In this document: piece after piece, positions 1 to 11,670 of the stretch
How positions within the stretch are numbered: the first letter of the stretch is position 1
How the letters are laid out: each line of letters begins with the position of its first letter
NCBI GenBank assembly: GCA_009602735.1
Contig: WELA01003305.1
Span: 925,763-964,103, forward strand
From: Mesotaenium endlicherianum
Taxonomy: Eukaryota
Direction of reading: 5' to 3'
Length of the DNA stretch: 38,341 nucleotides
The notes under the pieces: model-generated
The model's input: only the letters and a program-made list of their open reading frames with translations
Database searches by the model: none
Told to the model about the DNA's origin: nothing
Position numbers and translations under genes: made by a program

Positions 1-339
1 GTGGGGGAGAAAGGAGGGGGAGGCAGGGGGGGGGCAGGAGAAGGGGTGTGGAGGCGGAGAGCGGAAACCAGCAAGCAGAAAAAAACGTCGTTATGGCACC
101 TGGCATCAGAAGATTGCGTGCCACCACACAAGTCACCTCCCCCCCATGTTACCTAGCCCACCTACCTGGATCTCTGCTGACTACCTTCCCCTGTGAAGCC
201 TGTCCCTTGTACCGGATGTGGAATGGTCTGTTGAGGGGAGGCGTAGTGGGGCCACTGTATACCTGTGAAGTGCCAGCTGTAAAACTTGCAGTAGTTCCAA
301 GGGAATGAGGTATGTTTGTTCTACATGTTCTCGAATACA

Positions 340-575
340 AGAAGGTCATTGTGCAAGGCCCGCACGCATTATAGTCCTCCCTGGCGCTGACGAAAGATGG
401 CATCCAGCCAGAGTAAATTTTATGCCCCCGGGGAGTGGCCATATACAACTGGAATATACAATGACGCTTTTTTGCTGCAGGCTCGGTGTTTGTTGTGCAG
501 GCAGTGAAGACACAGCTAACGTGATTCGTGTTATCGATGTAGAGCGCATACCAGTGCATGTTAGGGCACCTTGCA
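340..575 (-). pseudogene. Decayed Ulp1/C48 (SUMO-protease-like) peptidase fragment, probably transposon-derived
   Basis: Minus-strand translation across frameshifts gives VP..MHWYALYIDNTNHVSCVF(D)SLP and then (Q)EDYNACGP. This matches the Ulp1 motif order P-x-HW-x-L-x-x-D...F-D-SL...Q-x-D-x-x-x-CG. At least two frameshifts must be assumed. Confidence 0.55.
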
Positions 576-1529
576 TTCGTACTGCAGCATGCTTGAACAA
601 GGCTCCCAAGAAGTTACCTTGCTCTCGCTGAGTGACGATCGACCAGCTCTACTCCTGGGCGCGTGACGGCGTCTGTTGCGCTGCCTGTGGCGGGGCTGTG
701 GTTCCTTCTGAAGCTGCGCCTTTGGGTTTCTGCTTGGATTAAACGCAGCAGGACCTGGGCGGAGGTCCTGTTCACATTGCATTGCGGACATTCTTGAGAA
801 GGAGCTGCAGCTAGCAGGAAGGAGCCCGAAATGACAATCGTGCCTGCAATTCTGCCCGGGATTTTTTTTTTGGCAAGTTCGCTAGACGGGGTGACTAATA
901 GATACAGTGGATAAGATGATGTAACAAAGAGCTACAAGGGATTTATTGCTTAGTAGTGAATAGCCTGCTCTGATGTTTGTGAGGACTGATTCTTTTTTCT
1001 CGCAGAAATTTATTGTTTGCATCGTTTCAAATTAATTTCCCAGCCCGTGTTTCCCTCAGAAACAATGCATCCTCACCATCGTATTGCAACGGAATGAGAT
1101 GAGGGGCAATGCAACGTATGTGATTGCAATTTGGGCACCACAATAAATGAGAATCGTAAGCACGGGCGTAGTGAGCAAATTCACCTCGACACCAACGAAG
1201 GTGGAGGAACCTGCAACGCGCGCAGGGACTGGGAGGAAAGCTTTGTGGTCAGCAGAGACTTCCAACGCAATACCACCCTCGTCAGGAAGGCAGGCACTTT
1301 GAGGATAACAACTCATAACCCACTCGCAAAGGCAATAGCAAAGTATATCACAGCTGCTGTCTCTCAGTGCGTGCTTGTGCAAAATTCCGTCAGCAATCTA
1401 CAATTCTTCCATGTCAACCTTCTAATTGCTCTGCAAGGTGAACCAAGGTGAAGCTCGAATGTGCAATTTCGAGACCTGCATGAGCTCCACTCTGGGCGCT
1501 GTTCCAGAACCGGTCCCACTACAAACTGC

Positions 1530-1815
1530 TCACCCCGAGGTGCCCATAGTGGCCCACAGGCGCCCATAGGTGCCGTGAGTATTCGTTTCTGTCAGCTGCA
1601 GACTGGAGTCCAGTCACCAGTGGCTACCAGCAGCAATCACCAGCTACCAGCAGGCTACCAGTTTGTCCTGCTTGGCTCAACTGGGCTCAAGCGTGTCGGA
1701 GCCAGTCGGAGCCAGTCGGGGCTCACATTGAGTTGCCTTGAGTTGCCTTGAGCAGCCTCGAGTCACCACGAGCAACTTCGAGCAACCTCGAGCAACCTCG
1801 AGTTGCCCTCGAGTG
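1530..1815. repeat. Cluster of short degenerate tandem repeats (8-11 bp units such as GAGTTGCCTT/GAGCAACCTC, CTACCAGC, GGAGCCAGTC)
   Basis: Directly visible: about 8 copies of a 10-bp GAG(T/C)(T/A)(G/A)CCT(T/C) unit at ~1729-1813, plus other short duplications. Confidence 0.75.
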
Positions 1816-1938
1816 GTCAGAGTGCGCAGGTACCAGTCAAAGCTAGAGACTGATTGGTCGAGCTCAACAAGGAGAAGACCTGCAAAGGGGTACGAGATTT
1901 ACTGAGATCCGGACGCAGAGAAAGCATAATGCCGGGTA

Positions 1939-2648
1939 CGAACTCTTTGCCATTGATCTGCGCCGTTCAGATTTTCCATCGATTCGTGCAAGCTGGACAG
2001 AAATGTACTGATATGTATTTGGACAAATGTCCCGAACGCCTCAGGATATGTAGCAATGAGAACGCAGGCTTTCTTTATCGCTAGTTCTGTCGGTTTACTC
2101 GTGTAAGTAAAACTTGACACGAATGAACAAGGGTGCGAAGTCGTTGCTCTCAATGTAAGATTTCTATTGCCAAGGAGAGAATCTTGGCATTTCAAACAAA
2201 GTTTTGGAAGGGATACCAATCTGAAAGTGAATCCAAAAGTTGAAGCACTGGAGGGGAGGGTTGAAAAACTTTTGGGCCTGTGAAAGTAACGCTAAATGGA
2301 TTGTGGGTTTAGGGTGAACAGTTGTGAAGATGTAAGCTTGCAGAAAGAAATAAGTATAGCTGCTCAAATATGGTCACTGAAATTGGGCACAAGTTCTCTT
2401 CATTTTTCTTCTTAAAAAAGACTGTCAAAAGACATTCGTGTGGAAATAGTTCGCACGACTTATACGGTAAATAACTCAAAGTGCTCAACAACACTTGCAA
2501 TGTAAAGCATACGGTGAAAGCTGAAGAACAAATTCACGATGAAAAAGTAAAACTTTGGTCCAGATTGGAAGAATCTGAATTTTTCTGTCCAGTTTGCACG
2601 AATCAATGGCAAATCTGGTATAACGACGCAAAATTGATGCTAAATATG
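1939..2648. mobile_element. MITE copy 1 (~710 bp, TA-flanked, Tc1/mariner-like non-autonomous element), more diverged
   Basis: Homologous in inverted orientation to 3402-4109 (e.g. 2100-2185 vs 3874-3960; 2420-2465 vs 3586-3630). It has imperfect terminal inverted repeats and TA at 1937-1938 and 2649-2650. Confidence 0.7.
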
Positions 2649-2679
2649 TACTTTTCCCTACGAACTTCAAAGAAATGGA

Positions 2680-3390
2680 AGTGCAAGGGGATACAAAAAG
2701 AGGTATAGCGGGGATTACAAGAAGAGGGATAGCAAAAGGAACGAAAAGAGGGACAGCTGGGGGGTACGAATAGAGGGCTATAACTTAGCGGTGGCCCGTG
2801 GGTACGAAAACAAGGTAGCGGGGAGTACAAAAAAAGGGATAGCAAAGGGTACGAAAAGAAAGATAGGGGGGGTACAAAAAGAGGGATAACGGGTGGGTAC
2901 CAAAGAGCGTTGGCGAACAAAAAGAGAGAATGCGGGGGGGGCACGAGAAGAGGGATACATAGCTAGGGTTACGAGATGATGTGAAGCAAAAGAAACAAAA
3001 AGAGGGATAGCGAGGGGGTACGAGAAGAGAAATAGCAGGGGGTACGGGACGAGTGATAGCGGGTGGTACGGGAAGAGGGATAGCAAGGGGAACAAAAAGA
3101 GGGATAGCTGGTAGGTGCAAAAAGAGGGTTGGCGAAGGGTACGAAAAGAGGGATAGCAAGGGGGTACAAAAAGAGGGATGCCGGGGGTTACAAGAAGAGG
3201 GATAAAAGAAGGAACGAAAAGAGGGATAGCGGGGGATACGAAAGAGGCATTGCGGGGTTACGAAAATAATGGAGATCTGGAAGTACCAGAAAGGGAGTGG
3301 CAGGGGGGTACGGAAAGAGGGATGAAAGGCGTATGAAAGAGAGATTGCAAAACGCTAAAAGAAGTGATAATAGGGGGCACTAATAATAGA
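2680..3390. repeat. Degenerate ~22-bp minisatellite array (consensus ~AAAAGAGGGATAGCGGGGGTACG)
   Basis: Many imperfect purine-rich tandem copies containing GGGTACG/GGGTACA. It is the reverse complement of the unit type at 4860-5460 and 11395-11670. Confidence 0.85.
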
Positions 3391-3401
3391 GGGGCACATT
3401 A

Positions 3402-4109
3402 CAAGTATACCATCAACTGATCCGGAAGACCAGATTCACCATAGAATTCTGCAAACTCGACAAACATATCCAGATTCTTCCAATTTGGACAAAAATACCA
3501 CATTTTTGTCAAACTCTTTTGCTTATTTTCTCACTAACACTAATTTGCACTTTGAGTGATATCGAGCATTTTCAGGTACCTACTTTATAAGTCGTGCAAG
3601 CAATCTCCACACAAATGTTATTTGACAATTTTTTAACACAAAAATTGAACCAAGTTCTCAATTTTACTTACTATATTTGAGCAACTACAGTTTTATTTCT
3701 TAAGGTTCATTAATAGAAGGCATAACAAATAGAGATTCCTCATAAACCTTCATTGAGACCACCCACAACCTCACCTTGTTGCGTATAGGTTCTAACGGCC
3801 TCCCCTCCGGCCCTTGAACTTTCGAAAGTCAATTTCACGCACATTTGGATCACTTTCAAATTACTGTCACAAGCAAGATTGTCTTCTTGAAACAAAAAAC
3901 CTACTATGAGAGCATCGACTTCGCACAAATGTTCATTCGTGTTCTTGTCTTACTTACACAAGTTTATTGACATGACCTAGCATGTTGCGAGGCGTTCAAG
4001 ACATAAATGTGGTATTTTTGTCCAAATTGAAAGAACATAAATACGTTTGTTCAATTTGCACAGATCAATAGTTGATCTGGTCTGCCGGCATCAATTGATG
4101 GTTAAATTG
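3402..4109. mobile_element. MITE copy 2 (708 bp, ~105-bp TIRs, TA target-site duplication)
   Basis: The left end CAAGTATACCATCAACTGATCCGGAAGACCAGAT...TTTGGACAAAAATACCACATTT is the reverse complement of the right end AAATGTGGTATTTTTGTCCAAAT...ATCTGGTCTGCCGGCATCAATTGATGGTTAAATTG. TA flanks both sides (3400-3401, 4110-4111). No transposase ORF. Confidence 0.8.
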
Positions 4110-4137
4110 TAATCTACTCAAAATAGAGTAGCGGGTT

Positions 4138-4631
4138 TGTAACGATCCGCCACAAGGCTGGATGCGGCGCGTGCGACACGTCACGGAAAGCGACAAAAGT
4201 GTCGATTGAATGTGTATAAGTACAATTGGCTCGCGATTAAAGTAATCGAGTTACCTTTTTGTTTGTATCGTTGCATTGGTATTGGAGCTGGAAATACGCA
4301 ACCGTGTCCAAGACACCAGGGTTCAAATCCTAGTGAGCATAAAAGTGCTCCAGGGGGTGCGAGACTAGTCGATGGTACGACCGTATGGCAATCTTCGAAT
4401 TGGACGAAGAAAGGACACTATCCCAAAACAATGTCCCTCGCGCCGCCCCGGCCTGAGTGCCCGGGACGTGCACAATTGTAGGTGGGAGGAGTGTAACGAA
4501 ATGCCACGTGGCCGGATGCGGCGCGTGCGACACGTCGTGGAATGCGACGAAATTGTTGGTTTAAATGTGTATAAGTACTATTGGCGCGCGATCAAAGTAC
4601 CTCAAGTTACCTTTTTGTTTGTATCGTTACA
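4138..4631 (+). mobile_element. TRIM (terminal-repeat retrotransposon in miniature): LTRs 4138-4275 and 4492-4631
   Basis: Two ~140-bp direct repeats bounded by TGTAACGA...TCGTT(G/A)CA. A PBS-like TGGTATTGGAGC (4277-4288) resembles the tRNA-iMet PBS TGGTATCAGAGC. A polypurine tract AGGTGGGAGGAG directly precedes the 3' LTR. The 216-bp interior is non-coding, and the 5-bp TSD is degenerate (GGGTT/AGATT). Confidence 0.85.
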
Positions 4632-4859
4632 AGATTATGCTGAGAGGAGAACAATTTTGGGTACGGGAAGCACAACGTGATTTACAACATTCTTAAAAGT
4701 CAAGCAAATGGGGCTTACACAAATTGCTCTCAACGGGGGGTCAAACCGTACGGATATAAAAACTGGCAAGTTTGCATTCTGGGCCGACATCTGGTATGCA
4801 TGGAGAACGCAAATTGGGACGCCATTGGGATGCCAGGGAAAGAGAAATAAAGGAACACT

Positions 4860-5460
4860 TGTCTTCTTTTCTTCCAGATACCACGTCATCTCTATCAATG
4901 TTTGTTTGCCGTCTCTCTTTCCGTACCCCTGCCGTCTTTTTTTGTAACCTCGACGACATCTCTTTCAGGGTACCTCGGTCATCTCTTTTTCGTACCTTGA
5001 CAGCAACTCTTTCTTCGCACCCTTTACGTCCCTTTCTCATACCTTGACAGCGGCATGTATATCTTCACGTACCTTTGCCGTCTCTTTTTATCCACACGGT
5101 ATGTTTCTCCACGTACCCCTGCCATCTTTTTTTGGTCCGACGGTATTCATTTTACGTACCACAAAAGTCTTCTTTCTCGTATCCTTCGGCATCTCTTCTT
5201 TGCACACTTGCTGTCTTTTCTGACTCCATGGTATCTCCTTTTATATATGCCTGCCGTCGCTTAATTTGTACATGGTGTAATCCCTCTTACATACGCTTGG
5301 CGCCTATCTAACTCTCTCTGCATCTCTATCGTCTTCTTTTCCGCATCATGGTCGTCTCCTTTCGTACCTCCCGCCAACTCTCTGTAAGGATGTTTTTCGT
5401 CCCTTTTTGCAGATACGCACATGTCAACCTCTTTTGCGTAAACTAAGACATCCCTCTCTA
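4860..5460. repeat. Degenerate ~22-23-bp minisatellite array (~CGTACCCCTGCCGTCTCTTTT)
   Basis: Repeated CGTACC-containing pyrimidine-rich units, in opposite orientation to 2680-3390. Confidence 0.8.
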
Positions 5461-5961
5461 GTCTATCTACCATATGAAGCGCACCTCTTCCTTTGACTGT
5501 CCCTAACCCATGCACTTGCTTGCAAGTTCCAAACTTGATCCGTTCCAAATTTGTTCAGAAACTGGTTCAAATTTATGTTTCCTAAGGCATTTAAGAGCTT
5601 AAGAAAGTTCCTAATGCTATGTTTGAGAACGTATGAGCTTAAACTACAGCAATCAGACACAAACTATCGATTCTTTTTCCATACATGTATATATTAAAGA
5701 GGTGAACCTTTTCCTGATAACAGCAAGAAATATTTAGTACACAATTTATTTTTTTGATTTGTTATCAAAAGTACACTAACCGTTGGTGTACTTTCATGAC
5801 TCTTCAATTAGTATTGGAAGCTACAAGTAAAACTTGACATAGTTCTACTCATCTTCAAAAAGCAGGATAAAGCCAACACATGCTACCCCATGCACAAACA
5901 AGAACCAAATGTTGTAGCCAAATTTATGGTGTTATAAATGATATAAAGTGATAAGCCTTAA

Positions 5962-6463
5962 TGTAGTGAAACAGATAGATGGAGTACTAGTGAAATATAA
6001 TACTTTATCTATTCAAGACAAGGATCTTTGAACACAAGTGGTAGCTTCTTGAAAGAGAGATGGCTTCTTGAAAGTTAATATATTTCTGGATTTTGGCAAG
6101 TACAAGAGTGATTCTGGAATGTCTTTCTATGTTCTAGCTCTTGTTTATATACTTGCTACATAAGTAATTTCTAGGAAGGTGTATATTCATGTGTTGGCAC
6201 CCAACACATCCCAAAACTTGCCACCTCTTTCTAGAATAATGTACACATGTCCTTTTGACCTAAAAATGGCACATCTGACTTTTGCCACATGGAGTTCTTC
6301 TAGGTCTTTCCTCTAACTTCGAAAATGCCTTGGAAGGTTCAAGGGACATGAACCAAGTTACTAGAGTACCTATTCACACTTGACTCCACACCATACTACT
6401 TCAAATATATTTGAAAACATTAAAATATATGCAAACTAATATATAATAACTCAAATCACTACA
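5962..6463 (-). mobile_element. Solo LTR (502 bp) of the chromovirus family at 30072-38341
   Basis: TGTAGTGA...TCACTACA termini; nearly identical to LTRs 30072-30570 and 33221-33722; perfect 5-bp TSD CTTAA at 5957-5961 and 6464-6468; no PBS or PPT adjacent. Confidence 0.97.
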
Positions 6464-7722
6464 CTTAATCTGTAGCTCTGAGTTCAAAAAATGAACATTC
6501 TGCCATCAAGATTTAGAGTCCTCTTTAGACTTATGTTTGTGTTGCAACCATGTAAGTTGACCACATACAAACAAGTATCGACTCCTTGAATGAAAAGCTC
6601 TTAAATTGTGGAGTACATTAGTAGTGCAGTCAAATACTTCAAATTTATCCTTACTTAAGGCTTGATCTTACTGTGATGACACACTCCCATTCAAATGCTA
6701 TAAGGAATTGCAGATTTATAATGTCGATCATTGAACCTCCATGAGAGTCACAAATCTTGTTATTCACTCGTTTCCGCTAGTCGTGACAAACGCCGACATT
6801 GGTAGAACCTTACATGACCAGCTAACCTGGACAGATTATGGTCACATGAAGGAACTGTGTGCTGAGAACAGGGTGTGCACCATGTGCACTACCTCTACCA
6901 ACGCTATTAGGCTCTACACACCCCCCCCCCCAACTCCGTCCCCACCCAAGCACACACATTGGTCGGGCATGCAAACAAACCTACACCCACGCGCACGCGC
7001 ATGCTTGTATGCCCCGGCCCCTCCCTCCCCCTCCCCCACACATCCATACACACGCATGCCCACACAGCCACACACTCACACTTTCGCGCACGCATGAGCA
7101 CAGACACACACGTCTATCCACCCACACACGTGCATAGGCTCACACCTACACCCACGCACCCACCCGCACACGCACACATGCACCTGTGTGCACACACTCT
7201 CATACAAATGCGCACGTGCGCCCCCGCGCACACGCAGGGATGCATACGCGCACATGGGTACGACAATCTGAGGGCGAGAGAGGGAGAGAAGGGATGGGGG
7301 AGAGGCAAAGCGGAGACGGAGGGGGAGAGCGTAGGGTGCACCGACAATGCAGGCAGCCGCCAAAAGCTTGCACAGGAGGAGGCTTTGCCGGCAGCCAGCT
7401 CAGCACCAGCAAGCGTCTCTTTCGTGCAATGCAGCAGAAGAGAGCTGGGACGGAGTGGCAGCGCTTTGCGGTGGCGGCAAGAGGAGGAGAGGGAGAAGGA
7501 GCCTAATGACAGTAGCGCACTCACCTGTCCCAAATGCAGGCGAAGGCGGTGTGGGGTCAGAGCACAACTTGGAGGACGCAGACAGCGCCCCCGAAGGGTG
7601 GCCCAGCAGCCGGCAGCTGGCAGCTGCCAGGGCTGCGTTCCAAGAATGAGTGCCCAGGCATTCGCGGCGGCCATTGCTGATGCCATTGGGGGGGTCAAGT
7701 AGGCCCAGAGTGCGGGGGCGGG

Positions 7723-8524
7723 TGTAAGGTCATAGGTTTATAAAGTGCATTTTTGAGTTTCATGAATGTATAGAAGTATAGAGTTCATTTTTGTGGTCAC
7801 TTTGATATAAAGTTCACCGAATTTGGTTGAGTATTAAGAGAATCATGGAATTCTGAAGTTTAATTAATTCTCAGGTCGATTGACGACTGTCCTTAATTTG
7901 CGGTGAGCGGGACCGTCGGATTGACCGACAGCGTCGAGCGATCTGGCCCGTTAGAGTGAACTCGAACCTTCACGTATGTTCGTCTGACGCGGAGTGCCGA
8001 CTAGGTCGATTTACCTAGAAGTTTTGGTTTAGCCTAGCGCGCCTAAGATAGAATATTCTAGTAATGTCGATGCATGTATATGGACGTCAATTCGGCCCGA
8101 CACGTCAGATGAGACTGATCTGGCCTACTCACGAATATTCTGGAAGGGACGATTTGACGAACACTCCAAAAATTCCGTAGCTTCCTCCTAGAGAGGAGCA
8201 CTTAGGCAGAAAACTATAAATAGGCATAACTTCTTTGTTTCTTATCAGTTTTCACTTCTGTAAATTTCTACGAGTTTTTAATGACAAGGCCTTCTATCCT
8301 ACATCATTTGTGAGCAGTTTCTTGCTACTCAAAATGCTGAGTAATTTTCCTAAGCTTTCTTAGCAATATGCCGCTGCACTCTTGAGTATGATTGCAACTA
8401 GCTTTGTTCCTCGTGAGTCACTATGCTTCCACTAGGACACTTTGCCCCTTTCAGCAGGACATTAACACGCCACGCTCAGAGAGGAGTTCATAAATGCACA
8501 TACTCCGACTTGCAGAGTTTTACG
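7723..8524 (+). mobile_element. Probable solo LTR of a second, older LTR-retrotransposon family
   Basis: An abrupt lower-GC island inside GC-rich DNA. It starts TGTAAG, ends TTTTACG (degenerate ...TTACA) and has an internal LTR-type CTATAAATAG box (~8214-8223). Flanks GCGGG/GCGAG match 4 of 5 as a TSD. An alternative end is TTAACA at 8467. Confidence 0.5.
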
Positions 8525-11394
8525 GCGAGGGCGAAGAGTGGGGCTCGAGGAAGGAGAGAGGAGGGTAGGAATAGACGGCAGAGAGAGAACGGGTGCGGGG
8601 CTCTCCCAATCAAGGAGTTTGCTGTGGGGCTGGATGGCCGCAAGAGAGGGGCACGCCTGGCTGCCCCGGGACGCGCACGCGGGGAGGCCGCGGAGGGGGC
8701 ACGCATGGCCACGAGCTCGCGACAGCTGGCCACAGAGTGGGGGCGAGTACGGGTCTACGTACGGCCCCCCACGCGCTTGTGGGGCTGCGGAGTCCAGCCC
8801 TTCCCAGCTGGAGAGCAGGATGCCCTCCTGGCTGCACCTGGCGCACTGTCTAGAGCTCACGCCCCCCGCCCGCCACCAGCTGCATACAGGGGTCAGCCGC
8901 CGGGAGGGGAGAGGGGAGGGGGGGGACGAGAGTGTGACGCGCGCGGAGGGGAGCTAGGACTCAGGAGAGCAGCAGAAGTCTGCTCCCTGCCCTCAAAGCC
9001 CCTGCAGTATGCGCCCATGCAACATGAGACCACCAGCATTCCAGGTCCGGGATTGCGATCTTAGCGTAGCGCACTCTCTGTCTGTCTCGCGAAGCGCCTG
9101 GGCGATCCTCCTGTCCAGCCTCCCTGTTCTCTCCTTCTTCCCTCCCCCGCCTCTCCCTCGCCTGTCCCTGCCCCTGCGCCCGCGCCCCTGTTTGCAGCAG
9201 CAGCAGCAGCAAGGCTGCCCGCATCCCCCAGTTGCCTGAGGCCCCGCGCTCTGCTCAAGGATGTGGTGTGCAGCCCAGGCAGCTTGCAGTGTTCCCAAGT
9301 GTAGGTGTGGCTCCTGAGAGTGCGTGAAGGGGGAAAAATCTTGTGGCGTTGGCGCCTTCGCATGCTTGATAGTATGGTTCCCTGCACGCAAGCAACCCGA
9401 GTGTGGCAGCTGTCGCAGGCATTCGCGGCGGCCAATGCTGACGCCATCGGGGGGCCAAGTAGGCAACAAGAAACACTGCATAGCCCACTGCCCATCACCC
9501 ACCCGCCCCATTCTCACGCAGGTCAGCACGTGCGCCGAGACGCCAGGGCTCATGACTTGGGACTGGGGTGCAGATTTGGGGTCTGGGCTGTGTGGCTCTG
9601 AGGCCGCGCTCGGCTTGCCCTCCATTCGCCACCATGTCCCCAAAGCCCCCGCAGTGTGCACCTGTGAGCACCCACGCAACACAAGACCACCAACGTTCCT
9701 AGGTACGGTAGGGTGGCGGCGGCGTTGCGCAGACACGAGCGCAGAGCAGAGCACGCGCTGCAGCTGGCGGGGGAGCCTGGCCCCGCCCCCACACCGGCGA
9801 TGGGGGCTGGAGCTGATGGCCCGCGTGCGACGTGCTGTCGGTGCCGGGGCGCCCGCCTCTGCCTCAGCACTCCTTCCGCGGCGCTCTCGTGCAACGCCAC
9901 CTGGCACCCGCACCTCCACCCACGGGCTCCTGCTGCACACCCTCTGCGCTCCGGAACCGCCACCACCTGTGCTGGGTCATCCCCCATCCTCCCTCTGCTG
10001 CGCGGCAGCAGTAACCCCGCCGGTGCCTGCTGCAGCACATTCATCCCTTCCTGGCAAGGCCGTCTCAGCCTCAGCCTCAGCCTCAGCCTTCCCGTTCTTC
10101 CCCCTGGACCAGCGCTCTCCCCACACCCCTCCACCCCCCTTCCTCCCAATCGGGCCCCTCCTGGCTGCTGCTGCTGCTGCAGGGGCCCCACTGGATCCGC
10201 GGCCGATGATATCCCCGGCACATCCGCCACTTTCTAAGACCTCACCATTGCTCTCCCTCTTGGCTCACCGACCGCCATCGCCACCGCAGCAGCAGCAGCG
10301 GATTCCCCATCCCAAGAGCTCCCCCCCTGGCCCCAGCCTAAATTCGAAAGTAGCCTCCACTGAAAGGCAGTGTTAGTTGCCCCCCTCCACTGGCACACCC
10401 CCCCCTCTCCCCCCNCGCGCTCACGTGCTGCAGCAGCACCAGGGCGACGCTGAGCTTGTCCGCGGCCAGCAGGTTTGCCACCGCCGCCGTGAGGGTGCTC
10501 GCATGGGCACTTGGAGCAGGTGGTCCAGCTTGGAGAGCTGCAACCAATGCACGCCGTGTGAGGGCAATGCAGGAGAGGCCTGCTGCTCACAGAGAGTCTG
10601 AGGATGCTGCTGCGGCCAGGGGTTGGAAGAAGGAACACGGGACGTGAGGAAGGTGAGGCTAGCTCTCCTGCAACACAAACACTCACTGTCTGGAAGCCGC
10701 GTCGTCATGCCAAAGAGTGTGATGTCCAGCCGCTATTCCTTTGGTCCCGACACAACAAGAGGCGACACCTGGACGAACGGCTTTCCCAGGTTTGTGACAG
10801 ATGCTGACATTTTTGCGTGTTACGCCAAGTCTTCGTGCGTTGGATCATTCTGAGCATGGGCGCATTGACGTATCTAAGCATTCTTTTGTCCTCCGCCTCT
10901 GCAAGTCCTCAAACAGCTTCAGCTCATGCACAGGCAGTGACTTAGCATCCAGCGGTCACCCGAATGTTGCCAGCGCTACCTGCTTCTGAGAAACGCGTTC
11001 TGAACCTCGCCAGCTAGTCACTAATCTCTCATATGCACGTCCACACACTACTTGCTCCATAATCCACGGTGAAGCTCAGGTGAGCGCTTGTTGGAATCGA
11101 ATGTATTTCCAATGGGTCCCTCTATGCTCGCACACCTATAGGCTCCACTAGGAGCAGAGTAGGGGGTGTGCTGGAGCCATGGCTGGATCCTGGAGCCACC
11201 AGGAGCCCAGAGCTTCAAAATCACATGCCCAACGCAAGGGGCGGCCTGGGATGCTGTGTAGGACGTGAGGTGGTAGCTGGTCAATCAGGGCACGAGAGAA
11301 GTCAACGAGCATTTTCACGGACTCAGGTTGACCCGAGATGGTCAATTGAGGTACTCAATCAACGAGCTATTGACGTACACCGATTAGTCAACGA

Positions 11395-11670
11395 GCGTCT
11401 CTGCGTACCCCCTTGCCGTCTCTTCTCGCCGCTTCTCGCGTACCCCACGCCATCTCTCTTCACGTACCCCTGCCGCCTCTTCTCGCGTACCCCATGCCAT
11501 CTCTCTTCACGTACCCCTGCCGTCTCTTTCCGCGTACCCCACGCCAACTCTCTTCACGTACCCCTGCCTGTCTCTTCTCGCGTACCCTACGCCATCTCTT
11601 CTCGCGTATCCCTGCCGTCTCTTCTCGCGTACCCCACGCCATCTCTTCTCGCGTACCTCTGCCATCTCTC
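11395..11670. repeat. ~23-bp minisatellite array (CGTACCCC(T/A)(G/C)GCC(G/A)TCTCTTCTCG), about 12 copies
   Basis: Well-conserved tandem units, preceded by three (G/A)TCAACGAGC motifs at ~11300-11398. Confidence 0.9.

Noticed and set aside
4315..4335. Possible tRNA gene from GGTTCAAATCC
   Set aside because: No cloverleaf or A-box is evident, and the motif lies inside the TRIM interior.
11046..11051. CACTAC as a CACTA transposon terminus
   Set aside because: It is not followed by a typical CACTA TIR, and no matching TAGTG end or 3-bp TSD was found.
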